From an uncultured Gemmatimonadota bacterium (GTDB lineage Bacteria > Gemmatimonadota > Gemmatimonadetes > Gemmatimonadales > Gemmatimonadaceae): 49,203 bases of DNA. The stretch spans positions 1-49,203 of the forward strand of contig CAIRBD010000066.1 in NCBI GenBank assembly GCA_903876745.1, given 5' to 3'. Every line of letters begins with the position of its first letter. The stretch's first letter is position 1. The position numbers and the translations under genes were made by a program. Positions 8,545-17,753 of the stretch are shown piece after piece. The notes under the pieces were generated by a model. The model ran no database searches. It had not been told where the DNA came from and saw only the letters and a list, made by a program, of their open reading frames with translations.

Positions 8545-9933
8545 ATGACCCTCACCGCCGCTGAAGTTTGGACACGACTCCTCGACCGGGCGAAGACCGA
8601 GCTCCCGGAGCATGTCGTGGACACCTGGCTCATTCCGCTTCAGCCGGCGGCATTCTCGGGATCGGAACTCGTTCTTACCGCACCCGATCAGTGGTCGGTC
8701 GAGTGGAACGAGAACAAACATTCGGCGCTGCTCGAAAGTTACGGTCCCGTCTGCCTCGGAACGCCGATCAAGATCGTGCTCCGCGTACAACAGGAGCGCG
8801 TGACTCGCTCACAAATGGACCTTTTTGTACCGCAAAATGGCGGCACCATAACGCCAGTACAGCGCGACAATAGCATCATTTTAAGTATTCTTAACATCCG
8901 ATACACGTTCGCAAACTTCGTCGTCGGCCGATCGAATGAACTCGCAGCGGCGGCGGCCACTGCCGTATCCAATGCCCCAGGCAAGACCTATAACCCGCTG
9001 TTCATTTACGGAAACACAGGACTCGGCAAGACGCACTTGATGCAGGCCATCGCGCATGAGATTCTCCAGCGAAACCCCTCGGCAAGGGTCACTTATATCA
9101 GCACCGAGCAGTTCACGAATGACGTCATCACGTCCATCGCGAAGAAGTCGATGGCCGACTTCCGGCGCAGGTACCGTGAAACAGATCTCCTGCTCGTGGA
9201 TGACGTCCAGTTCCTCAGCGGCAAAGAAGCGACACAGGAAGAGTTCTTCCATACGTTCAACGCCATCTACGAAGCGGGACGCCAGATCGTCCTGACCAGT
9301 GACCGCCCTCCGTCATCCATCGCGAAACTCGAAGCCAGGCTCGTTTCACGGTTCGAGTGGGGAATGGTCGCGGATGTCACCCAGCCGGATCTTGAGCATC
9401 GGATCGCCATCCTGCGCGAAAAGGCACAGGCGGATCACCTGGAGCACACCCTTCCCGACGATGTGTTGCATTTCGTCGCCGACCATGTGCAGGCGAACGT
9501 CCGCGAGCTGGAGGGGTCGATCATCAAGCTCCTCGCCTTCGCCTCGCTCAAGCGCCGGGTCGTGACCGTTGACCTCGCCCGTGAAGCGTTGCGCGACAAA
9601 CTGAAACGGAACGATGACGCACCGCCCAAGTCTTCGCGGCATGATCGGATGCGCACCATCCAGCAGCGCGTGGCGGGTGAGTGGGGCGTGACCCTGGAAG
9701 GGCTGCAGTCCAAGACCAGGACAAAAACACTGACCGTTCCGCGGCAGGTCGCGATGTTTCTCTCACGCGAGTTACTGGGACTCCAGCTCGTCGAGATCGG
9801 TCACGCTTTTGGAGGCCGCGACCACTCCACCGTTATCCATAGCCTGGAAAGGGTCTCGGAGGAGATGAGGGGGAATGCGGAATTCCGGGATCGTGTGGAG
9901 AAGGTGAGGGAATCGCTGCGATATGAACAGTGA
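8545..9933 (+). CDS. dnaA: Chromosomal replication initiator protein DnaA
   Basis: Start chosen at ATG 8545 (MTLTAAEVWTRLLDRAK...). Contains YTFANFVVGRSNELA, Walker A GNTGLGKTHLMQAI, LLVDDVQFL, and the domain IV motif GGRDHSTVIHS. Confidence 0.97.
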   Translation: MTLTAAEVWTRLLDRAKTELPEHVVDTWLIPLQPAAFSGSELVLTAPDQWSVEWNENKHSALLESYGPVCLGTPIKIVLRVQQERVTRSQMDLFVPQNGGTITPVQRDNSIILSILNIRYTFANFVVGRSNELAAAAATAVSNAPGKTYNPLFIYGNTGLGKTHLMQAIAHEILQRNPSARVTYISTEQFTNDVITSIAKKSMADFRRRYRETDLLLVDDVQFLSGKEATQEEFFHTFNAIYEAGRQIVLTSDRPPSSIAKLEARLVSRFEWGMVADVTQPDLEHRIAILREKAQADHLEHTLPDDVLHFVADHVQANVRELEGSIIKLLAFASLKRRVVTVDLAREALRDKLKRNDDAPPKSSRHDRMRTIQQRVAGEWGVTLEGLQSKTRTKTLTVPRQVAMFLSRELLGLQLVEIGHAFGGRDHSTVIHSLERVSEEMRGNAEFRDRVEKVRESLRYEQ

Positions 9934-10162
9934 GCCGGGAGAGTTTCTTCGTTCCGGCCCCGTGGGCCTGGTAGTCTACAGCCTGCCGGATCTTCCCACG
10001 GCGGATTCACATCAGCTGAGATGAGAGAAGTTCAAGCGCCGAAAGGAGTTGTATTGCTTTTCCACCTTCCACACCTTACTACTACTACTGCGAGAATTAG
10101 AAATTACTCTCAGTAACAGATAGTACGGTGGGGATTCCACACCTTTCAGGGACCCGACAGGG
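9934..10162. promoter_or_regulatory. Candidate oriC module (DnaA-box-like cluster plus AT-rich unwinding-type stretch) in the dnaA-dnaN intergenic region
   Basis: Degenerate DnaA boxes at TTTTCCACC (10058-10066), TTCCACA (10067-10073) and ATTCCACA (10134-10141) flank an AT-rich stretch at about 10076-10127 (ttactactactactgcgagaattagaaattactctcagtaacagatagta). Confidence 0.5.
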
Positions 10163-11272
10163 ATGCGTTTCACGATCTCGCGTGAGAAGCTGCAGGAAGG
10201 ACTCGCCGCGGTAGCGCCGGCTGTGCCGTCAAAGACGACACTTCCCGTGCTCTCGAACCTTCTCGTGCAAACGACCGAGAAGGGCATCCGTATCTCGGGT
10301 ACCGACCTCGATATTGCGGTGAGCACGGAGGTGACGGCGGACGTTGAATCCGCCGGCGCAATCACCATCCCTGCGCGAAAACTCTCGGAGATCGCACGGG
10401 AACTTCCGCCGGCGCCAGTCAAGATCTCCGCGTCCGGAGATCAGCGGATCACCCTTGAGTGCGGCCGCTCGAAGTTCAAGCTTCTCGGACTCCCAAAGAG
10501 CGAGTTCCCGAGTTTTCCGGCGGTGCATTTCGACAAAGCGATCAGGATCCCATCCGGAGACCTCCAAAAGCTCATCTCCCACACGGCGTTTGCTGCATCG
10601 ACCGAAGAGAGCCGGCCGATCCTCAACGGTGTCCTCTGGGAGTTGCGCGCTGAGCACATGCGGATGGTCGCCACGAACGGACATCGTCTCGCCAAGATGG
10701 ATGTTCCCGTGAAGATGACCGGCCCGAACGCCGACCTCATCATCCCGCCGAAGGCGCTCGAACAGATCCGCCGCCTCTTCCCGGCCGAAGAAGAGCTTGA
10801 AGTGGCGCAGGGAGAGAACCACCTGGGCTTCCGGTCACCGTTCACCGCGGTCTACACGCGGCTGATTGAGGGTCCGTACCCGAGCTACGACCAGGTCATC
10901 CCGAAGGAGAATGACAAGGTCGCCCTGCTCGACAAGTCTGCGTTCGCGAGCGCCCTCAAGCGCATGTCCGTGGTCGCGTCCGACCAGACGCATCGCATCC
11001 GGCTGTCGTTCAACGCCGGGATGGTGAAGTTCAGTGTGAGCACGCCGGACCTCGGCGAGGCGCAGGATGAACTGCCGGCACGTTTCACCGGGGATCCGCT
11101 CGACATAGGCTTCAACGCCGCGTACCTGCTCGAGATCCTTCGGTACATGCCGACCGACGAGATCCGCATGACCTTCAAGGCGCCGGAGCGTGCCGCGACG
11201 ATCGAACCCGAAGGGTGGGCCGATCCGTCGAAGTATCTTGCGTTGCTGATGCCGCTGCGACTCGTCGACTGA
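10163..11272 (+). CDS. dnaN: DNA polymerase III subunit beta (sliding clamp)
   Basis: 369 aa: MRFTISREKLQEGL..., LEGVLWEL-type core (ILNGVLWEL), MVATNGHRLA, and the C-terminal LLMPLRL motif. Located immediately after dnaA. Confidence 0.97.
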   Translation: MRFTISREKLQEGLAAVAPAVPSKTTLPVLSNLLVQTTEKGIRISGTDLDIAVSTEVTADVESAGAITIPARKLSEIARELPPAPVKISASGDQRITLECGRSKFKLLGLPKSEFPSFPAVHFDKAIRIPSGDLQKLISHTAFAASTEESRPILNGVLWELRAEHMRMVATNGHRLAKMDVPVKMTGPNADLIIPPKALEQIRRLFPAEEELEVAQGENHLGFRSPFTAVYTRLIEGPYPSYDQVIPKENDKVALLDKSAFASALKRMSVVASDQTHRIRLSFNAGMVKFSVSTPDLGEAQDELPARFTGDPLDIGFNAAYLLEILRYMPTDEIRMTFKAPERAATIEPEGWADPSKYLALLMPLRLVD

Positions 11273-11297
11273 CCGGCTAATAATAGTCGAAGCGATA

Positions 11298-12158
11298 CTA
11301 TTTAGCCGCAGCGATCCGCGTCACGGTTGCTTGGTCGACACGCTGACGTCGGCGCGCGCTCACGAACGATAGAGTCAGCGTAGAGCGGCCCACCGCGTCC
11401 AGCACTGCGCCCGTTGATGCGCTGAGGCGAAGCGCCATTTCCCCGTCTCCAGCGCCCTCGACCCGGACGGCCTCGCCCCACTGGGTGCCCGTCCCAGTCG
11501 CCCGGAGCCGCTGTGTGCGCGAGACGAGCAGCACCGCGTCCTGTCCGCGTCCCTCAGCCGCGGTCACGCGGTATGCACGCGACACCGTGAGCGCCAACAG
11601 CACGCCATCCCGACAAGATGTCGCCGTCGTGGAATCCGTCCATTTCGTGCCGATTCGCAGTGTATCTGGAAGCCGCATCCAGAGATCACGCGAGGCGAGT
11701 GTGGCGGCGTTCACGGCGGACCTGCACTCGGGAAGCGTATCCGGCTCCATGGAGCGAACCACCCCTGAAGCTGTGATAGAGCCGCTGAACGTGATGGGAA
11801 AGACGACACCCGCCGGCGTGCCCATCGGCTGTCCGGGACCTCGAACCTCGAACGCGGCGATGTGACCGCGAAAACGGCCGCCTGCCTCGGTGACGAAGCG
11901 GGCGGCGAGGTGCGACGAGATGCTGTCCTCGCGGCTGGTGGTGGCGTCCGCGCTCACGCGAACGATCGCTGTGTGATCGATCAAATAGGGGCTTGGCGAG
12001 GTCGCTGGGCTGGGCACCCACGCGCCGGATGGCTCGCTCGGAGCCGCCGGAACCTCGGGCGGCGCAGGCTTCGTGAAGACCTGCTCTGGGACCGTGCCGC
12101 GGCATCCAGCGGCCGCCACAACAACCCAAAGCAGACCCTGCCGAAGCGAAAAAGACAT
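11298..12158 (-). CDS. Hypothetical lipoprotein
   Basis: 286 aa. The N-terminal signal has a lipobox-like VVAAAGC, followed by a Pro-rich linker. No family recognised. Codon bias is consistent with the host. Confidence 0.5.
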   Translation of the reverse strand: MSFSLRQGLLWVVVAAAGCRGTVPEQVFTKPAPPEVPAAPSEPSGAWVPSPATSPSPYLIDHTAIVRVSADATTSREDSISSHLAARFVTEAGGRFRGHIAAFEVRGPGQPMGTPAGVVFPITFSGSITASGVVRSMEPDTLPECRSAVNAATLASRDLWMRLPDTLRIGTKWTDSTTATSCRDGVLLALTVSRAYRVTAAEGRGQDAVLLVSRTQRLRATGTGTQWGEAVRVEGAGDGEMALRLSASTGAVLDAVGRSTLTLSFVSARRRQRVDQATVTRIAAAK

Positions 12159-12186
12159 GAAGACCTGACGCGAAGAGAGAGGGGAG

Positions 12187-12560
12187 ATCCCCTGGCCTAT
12201 AAGCCGGGTTCTGTCGGCGCACGTTCACGCCGGACGGTCATTTCTCTCGGGGTACGGTCGCCCGCACCCTCCAGCAGCCTACCCGCGGCGTCTTTGAGCG
12301 CAGAGGACTGCTGCTCGCCGCCTATTCGGCCTTGCTCCAGCTGGGGTTTGCCGTGCCGTCCGTGTTACCACGAACGCGGTGGGCTCTTACCCCACCTTTT
12401 CACCCTTACCCGTAGAACACGGGCGGTTTGTTTTCTGTGGCACTGTCCGTCACCCCACAAGGAGGTGCCCAGGCGTTACCTGGCAGCTTGTCCATGGAGC
12501 CCGGACTTTCCTCGGCGCAGAGGTCCAGCTTCTGCGACGCGACCATCCGGCCAGGGGATT
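12187..12560 (-). ncRNA. rnpB: RNase P RNA, bacterial type A
   Basis: The minus strand carries the universal blocks GAGGAAAGTCCGGGCTCCATGG, ACAGAAAACAAACCGCC, GGTAAGGGTGAAAAGGTGGGGTAAGAGCCCACCG, GGAGCAAGGCCGAATAGG, CGGGTAGGCTGCTGGAGG and GACAGAACCCGGCTTATAGGCC. P1 can form between CCCCTGGCC (5') and GGCCAGGGG (3'). Ends are accurate to about 5 nt. Confidence 0.93.
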
Positions 12561-12735
12561 CCCATTGGAAAGATAGTGGCGGCGGTCGTCTGGTGCACGG
12601 GTGGAGCGATTCGACGCAGGCGTGTGCGATCGCACGCCGAGTGACGCGGAGCCTGTTTGGTGCTGCCAGCAAGTGACGTTCCGGTGACAGGGGGGACACA
12701 TCATCGCGTGTTGGATCCCTCACCCGGAGTGCGTC

Positions 12736-13638
12736 ATGTCCCAAACGACCCCTGTTCACATTGCGCCTGTCACGACGATTCTCGAGCCAGGAGAACGCCG
12801 CCGCGTCGATGATGCCGGCGCTGGCTGTTACCGCACGATCCATCGCGACCGCTTTGAAGATGTGGTCCGGGATCTTCGCGAGCGGCGCGTGAGCGCCATC
12901 CTGCTGTCGGTGAACCGCTGCGTCAGTGAAGAGCCGGCGCGCATGGCGGCGATCGTGCGGGAATTCCCGAGGATTCCTGCGGTCGCGCTGCTCTCCGCGC
13001 ACACGGGGGCGCGGAATGCCGAGACGGTTCTGGCGCTCGGGAACTGTGGGGTGCGCGCGCTGGTCGACGTTCGTGATCCCAGTGGGTGGGGCCGGTTGCG
13101 CGAACTTTTGGGCACCGAGGCTTCCCGTGACGTCGATCGCCTCATGAGCGCGAATCTCCGGGCCGACCTCGAAGGAGCGCCGGAGGATTGCTGGCGGTTC
13201 TTCGAGCTCCTGTTCTCGAACGAGGGACACGTGGCGACCGTGCGACAACTGGCGCGCCGGCTACAGGTGCTGCCAAGTACGATGACGAGTCGATTCTTTC
13301 GGGCGAGACTTCCGGCCCCCAAACGATACCTCGCATACGCGCGGTTGATTCGCGCGGCGCGCCTGTTCGAGAACACCGGTCTCTCTTTGGCGGATGTCGC
13401 GAACCACCTCGACTATTCCTCGCCGCAGAGTTTCGGGCGCCACGTGCGCTCCTTGTTACGAATGACGGCGGGTGAATTCCGGCAGCGGTACGACGGGGAA
13501 CGCATGGGGGAACGTTTTCGGCAGGACTTGGTGCTGCCGTACCTCGCGCGCCTGTGCTCCTTGCGTCCACTGGCCGTTCGTTCGGGCATTCGCACACTGC
13601 GGCAAGCACCGCGGCCGGACGCGAAGGCGGCCGCCTAG
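12736..13638 (+). CDS. AraC-family transcriptional regulator
   Basis: The C-terminal region has the dual HTH of the AraC type (VRQLARRLQVLPSTMTSRFF ... LSLADVANHLDYSSPQSFGRHVRSLLRMTAGEFRQ). The N-terminal roughly 180 aa are an unassigned sensing domain. Confidence 0.8.
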   Translation: MSQTTPVHIAPVTTILEPGERRRVDDAGAGCYRTIHRDRFEDVVRDLRERRVSAILLSVNRCVSEEPARMAAIVREFPRIPAVALLSAHTGARNAETVLALGNCGVRALVDVRDPSGWGRLRELLGTEASRDVDRLMSANLRADLEGAPEDCWRFFELLFSNEGHVATVRQLARRLQVLPSTMTSRFFRARLPAPKRYLAYARLIRAARLFENTGLSLADVANHLDYSSPQSFGRHVRSLLRMTAGEFRQRYDGERMGERFRQDLVLPYLARLCSLRPLAVRSGIRTLRQAPRPDAKAAA

Positions 13639-13642
13639 CGCA

Positions 13643-14212
13643 CTACGGCGCCGCTGCAGGCATACGGGCGACGATCGCTGACGCTCGAGCAAGAGCGATT
13701 GCGGTGACTCCTGCAGCGGCTATCGCTTCGCCGCCACCCTCTTCGCGGTCCACCACGGCGAGAACGCCAAGGACGGTCGCGCCCGCGGCCCGTACGGCGG
13801 CGATGGCGTTGATCGCCGATCCACCGGTCGTGATGACGTCCTCGATCACGACCACGCGGTCGCCTTCCCGGAAAGGCCCCTCGATGCGCTTGCCTGTACC
13901 GTGCGTCTTCGCTTCCTTCCGAACCGTGAAGGCGCGTACCGGCATTCCGGCGAGTGCGCTGGCATATGCGATAGCATAACTCACCGGGTCCGCGCCCAGT
14001 GTCAGTCCGCCGACGGCATCAGGATGCCATCCGGCGGCGGCGATCGCCGAGAGAGCGAGCGGCCCGATGGTCGCGAGCCCCTCGGGGCTCATCGTCGTCA
14101 GGCGGGCATCGATGTAGAGGTTGGACTGGCGTCCCGAGGCGAGAGTGAAGGTCCCGCGGCGCGCCGAGCGCGTCGCAAGCAGGTCGAGCAACCGATCGAG
14201 AGGCGTAATCAT
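13643..14212 (-). CDS. pyrE: Orotate phosphoribosyltransferase
   Basis: 189 aa with FTLASGRQSNLYIDAR and the PRPP loop VVVIEDVITTGGSA. Confidence 0.93.
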   Translation of the reverse strand: MITPLDRLLDLLATRSARRGTFTLASGRQSNLYIDARLTTMSPEGLATIGPLALSAIAAAGWHPDAVGGLTLGADPVSYAIAYASALAGMPVRAFTVRKEAKTHGTGKRIEGPFREGDRVVVIEDVITTGGSAINAIAAVRAAGATVLGVLAVVDREEGGGEAIAAAGVTAIALARASAIVARMPAAAP

Positions 14213-14264
14213 GATGGCTGAGGTTAGAAGCGCGTGAGGCGGTCGTCAATGCGCTTGGGCGCGT

Positions 14265-15353
14265 TTGGGGGATCCTGAGGTGGCGCCGCGCTTTCGGTTG
14301 CGTCGCTCAACGCTTGCGCTCGGCACGGTGTTCGTGAGCGTGTTCATCGGCCTGGCCATCGCCGATCATTACGTGCGCGAGCAGGCGGGGTGGCTGGTGC
14401 GGTTGTCGCTCTGGTCGGCCTTCGTGGTTGCCGTTGTCGCCATCCTCGTGGGGCTGGTGCTCGAGCGGCGGCAGGCGCAGAACATCGCAGAACGCTCGGC
14501 GGAGCTCGAACAGTTGTCGGCGGAGCTCTATCGGGCGAACCGCGCGAAATCAGAGTTTCTCGCGAACGTCTCACACGAGCTGCGAACACCACTTGCCGCG
14601 ATCGTCGGGTTCGTGGACCTCTTACGGGACGGTGCCTACGGCGAACTGACCCCGCGGCAAGTGGGTCCGGTCGAGCGCATAGAGACTTCAGCGAATCACC
14701 TTCGAGAGCTCGTCGAGCAGATCCTCGATCTCGCGAAGATGGCGGCGGGCCGTCTTGAGGTACACAGGGAACTCATCAAACTCCGGCCGTTCGTCATCGA
14801 CGTCGCGGCGGAGGTTGAGCCACTCGTCAACGAAAAGGGACTGTCGTTTTCCATCGCCGTCCCGGCAACACTGCCTCGCATCGCGACCGACGCCACGCAC
14901 CTGCGCCAGATTCTGGTCAACCTCCTCGGCAACGCGATCAAGTTCACGACGGTTGGCGGGATTACGATGCGGGCTGCCCTCGTGCCCGACGGTCAGGTCA
15001 CTCAGTTCGCCGCGTCCGCCCACAAACGTCCGCTGCTGGCTGCCGGGGGCACTTGGGTCGCGTTGCAGGTCGCGGATACGGGGGTCGGCATCGCCGAAAA
15101 TGATCTTGAGCGAGTGTTCGAGGAGTTCGAGCAGGTGAATGCCGGACCGCGCGGCGATTCAATGCGCCGCGGGACGGGTCTCGGATTGGCGATCTCGCGA
15201 CGCTTGGCCCGTCTGCTCGACGGCGATATCACGGTCGAGAGCGTATCGGGCAAGGGGTCAGCGTTCACGGTGTGGGTGCCGGCAGATTCCCCGGAACCGG
15301 CCGATGCGAACCCTAGCTCTTCCCGCGGAACAGTCCCTTCATCCGGGTCATGA
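14265..15353 (+). CDS. Sensor histidine kinase (two TM helices, HisKA plus HATPase_c); no cognate response regulator adjacent
   Basis: H-box FLANVSHELRTPLAAIVGF, N-box LVNLLGNAIKFT, G-boxes DTGVGI and GTGLGLAISRRLA. The track start is a TTG, so the true start is uncertain. Confidence 0.85.
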   Translation: MGDPEVAPRFRLRRSTLALGTVFVSVFIGLAIADHYVREQAGWLVRLSLWSAFVVAVVAILVGLVLERRQAQNIAERSAELEQLSAELYRANRAKSEFLANVSHELRTPLAAIVGFVDLLRDGAYGELTPRQVGPVERIETSANHLRELVEQILDLAKMAAGRLEVHRELIKLRPFVIDVAAEVEPLVNEKGLSFSIAVPATLPRIATDATHLRQILVNLLGNAIKFTTVGGITMRAALVPDGQVTQFAASAHKRPLLAAGGTWVALQVADTGVGIAENDLERVFEEFEQVNAGPRGDSMRRGTGLGLAISRRLARLLDGDITVESVSGKGSAFTVWVPADSPEPADANPSSSRGTVPSSGS

Positions 15354-16227
15354 AGCCCGAATCCTCTGCTTTTCCGCCCAACTGAGCCAGCGCGTCCGTT
15401 AGTGAGCTCGCGAACGCCACCGCATCCGGGAAGCGGTCTTTCGGGTCCTTGGCGAGCCCACGCATGACGGTATGCTCCACAGCCGCCGAATACTGTACCC
15501 CGGGCTTCGCCTTGTTCAATGCAATCGGTGGCTGTGACAGCAGTTGCGTGAACATCTCCCGCGGTGTTTTGGCGGTGTAGGGCAGCTGCCCTGACAGCAG
15601 AAGGTATGAAATCGTCGCCAAGCTGTACTGGTCGGCCGCTGCCGTGACGACTTCCCCAGACAGCGCTTCGGGAGCGACGTACATCAAGGTGCCCACAAAG
15701 AACCCGGCGCGGGTGAGTCGCTCGTCGGGGGCCACGTCGGTAGCCGTGGCAATCCCAAAATCGAGCAATTTCACTGTGCGAGTGACCGGGTCGTACATCA
15801 GGTTTTCCGGCTTCAGATCGCGGTGGATGATTCCACTGGCGTGTGCCGCAGAAACGGCATCCGCAATCTGTTGTACGATCTCCGCGACCTCGTCGGCCGG
15901 GAGCGGAGCATGACGCTTCGCATAGCCCTCGAGGATCTCTCCCGTTGCCCATTCGATCGACAGGAAATGCAATCCCTCGGCGGACTGGCCTGTCTCGATC
16001 GTCCGCACGACATTGCGGTGTTGGACGCGGGTGCCGTACGACGCTTCGCGGAGAAAACGGGCGACGGCGGTCTTGTCTTGACGCAGGCGTTCGCGCAAGA
16101 CTTTGACGGCGACTTCACCATGTTCCGGATGTTGGGCGCGGTATACAGTGGCCGTTCCACCCTCCCCGACACGGTCGAGAAGGGCGTACCCGGAAAGCGT
16201 TGTACCGACGAGGGGATCGCGTGCCAC
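15313..16227 (-). CDS. Hanks-type serine/threonine protein kinase (kinase domain only)
   Basis: GEGGTATVYRA (G-loop), VAVKVL (the VAIK motif position), HRDLKPENL, DFG, APE. GTG start. 304 aa with no TM or sensor domain. Confidence 0.9.
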   Translation of the reverse strand: MARDPLVGTTLSGYALLDRVGEGGTATVYRAQHPEHGEVAVKVLRERLRQDKTAVARFLREASYGTRVQHRNVVRTIETGQSAEGLHFLSIEWATGEILEGYAKRHAPLPADEVAEIVQQIADAVSAAHASGIIHRDLKPENLMYDPVTRTVKLLDFGIATATDVAPDERLTRAGFFVGTLMYVAPEALSGEVVTAAADQYSLATISYLLLSGQLPYTAKTPREMFTQLLSQPPIALNKAKPGVQYSAAVEHTVMRGLAKDPKDRFPDAVAFASSLTDALAQLGGKAEDSGFMTRMKGLFRGKS

Positions 16228-16331
16228 GTCGGCGAACCTAACCGTCGGCTACGGGACTGGCAAGCGAAACGCGGGACACGTTTGCGGGTAGACTAGAGAA
16301 TGCGAAGGCTCACGACACCAACCAGGAAGCG

Positions 16332-17753
16332 ATGATGCCAAGGGCGTTGCTTGTTCGCTGGACCTTTGGGGCGATCTTACTGGCTTCTCTTTCGGCGTGT
16401 GGCGGTAGCCGGCCTGCTGCTGCGCCTGGCCGCGAACCGGCCCCTGCCCCGGCGGGCACGGCGGACGCCGCGGGACGTCGCGTGGCGGGACTCAGTCCAG
16501 AGTTCGACCAGGCCAGGCTCTACCAGCAAATGGGGTTCTTGGCACGCGGCGCTCCGATGCCTTTTGTGGGGACCATCTCCTTCCTCGCCGGGCGGAACAC
16601 GGATTCCACACACGTGCTATTCGCCGTGTCGCTCTCGAACGCTGCGCTCACGTTTGCGCGCGAGAATGACCGCTTTCGCGCCGGTTACACGGTAACGATC
16701 GGCCTCAAATCGGGCGGCGTGACGGTCACACAGAGCGAATCCCATGAGAGTGTGCTCGTCGCGAGCTACAAGGAAACGACCCGTGTCGACGAGAGCGTTA
16801 TCTATCAGGAGTTTGTGACAGCGAAGCCAGGGCGCTATCAACTGACACTGACGATTCGCGACGACGGAAGTTCGCGTGCGTCGACGGAAGATGTGGCATT
16901 GAACGTCCCAACGCTCGGCGCGGGTGCGTCGGCGCTTTCGACACCGGTGTCATTTGCTCGCGTCGCTCCCCGGGCCTCACTGGAGGCCCTGCCCAATATC
17001 GTGGCGAACCCGCAGTCGTCCGCCACGTTCGGGCGCGACAGCGTCATAGGGCTATATCTCGAGGGCTATGACTCCGGCGCGGCCGCCCGGCTCCCGTTGA
17101 GAGTTTCGGTGACGACCGATCAGGGAGCCCGCTTGTTCAGCGACACCATCTCGCTGCCGCGGCACGGTGCGCTGTACAGCGGGGTGGTGTATGTGGCCGC
17201 GTCGCGCATTGGCATCGGCCCGGCGGTCATATCCTTCGCACGCCCCGGAGCGGCCGACACGGCCAAAGCCTCTTTCTTCATCGGCTTCGGCGAGGACCTG
17301 CCCGTCGCGGGCTACACCGAGATGATCGATTACCTGCGGTGGTTTGCATCGCCTGCTCGCCTGAAATCCTTGCGCGATACAGCACCGGAGTTCCGAGCCG
17401 GTGCCTGGTCGGCGTTCCTCAGGTCGAATGAAAGCTTGGGCGGGGCCAACGACGCCCTGCATGAGTACTTCCGTCGTCTGTTTGATGCGAACAAACGGTT
17501 CCAGGAGGAAGGAACGCCTGGATGGAAGACGGATCGCGGCAAGGTCCTGCTCGGCCTCGGCGACCCCGACGCGATGTACGAACAGCAGCCATCGGCTGCC
17601 GCGATGGGGCAGCGAAACCGCAATCAGATTTGGGAATACCGCGCGCTGAATATTCAGCTCGTCTTCTACGATCAGTCCGGGTATGGTCGCTGGCGGCTCA
17701 CCAACAGCAGCGATCTCGCGTTCACGGCTGCGTGGCGTCGCCGCGTACCCTGA
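16332..17753 (+). CDS. GWxTD domain-containing secreted protein
   Basis: Signal peptide with SLSAC, and a C-terminal GWKTDRGKVLLGLGDPD...IWEY motif matching the GWxTD signature. Confidence 0.8.
   Translation: MMPRALLVRWTFGAILLASLSACGGSRPAAAPGREPAPAPAGTADAAGRRVAGLSPEFDQARLYQQMGFLARGAPMPFVGTISFLAGRNTDSTHVLFAVSLSNAALTFARENDRFRAGYTVTIGLKSGGVTVTQSESHESVLVASYKETTRVDESVIYQEFVTAKPGRYQLTLTIRDDGSSRASTEDVALNVPTLGAGASALSTPVSFARVAPRASLEALPNIVANPQSSATFGRDSVIGLYLEGYDSGAAARLPLRVSVTTDQGARLFSDTISLPRHGALYSGVVYVAASRIGIGPAVISFARPGAADTAKASFFIGFGEDLPVAGYTEMIDYLRWFASPARLKSLRDTAPEFRAGAWSAFLRSNESLGGANDALHEYFRRLFDANKRFQEEGTPGWKTDRGKVLLGLGDPDAMYEQQPSAAAMGQRNRNQIWEYRALNIQLVFYDQSGYGRWRLTNSSDLAFTAAWRRRVP

Noticed and set aside
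11273-11297. AT-rich imperfect inverted repeat CGGCTAAtaatagtc-gaagc-GATACTAtTTAGCCG between the convergent dnaN and lipoprotein genes, considered as another GTATC-N5-GATAC operator.
   Set aside because: The left inner arm (ATAGTC) does not match AGTATC; only the outer 7-bp arms and the right GATACTA half fit. It is most simply a bidirectional terminator-like hairpin, so it is counted only as a loose motif copy.
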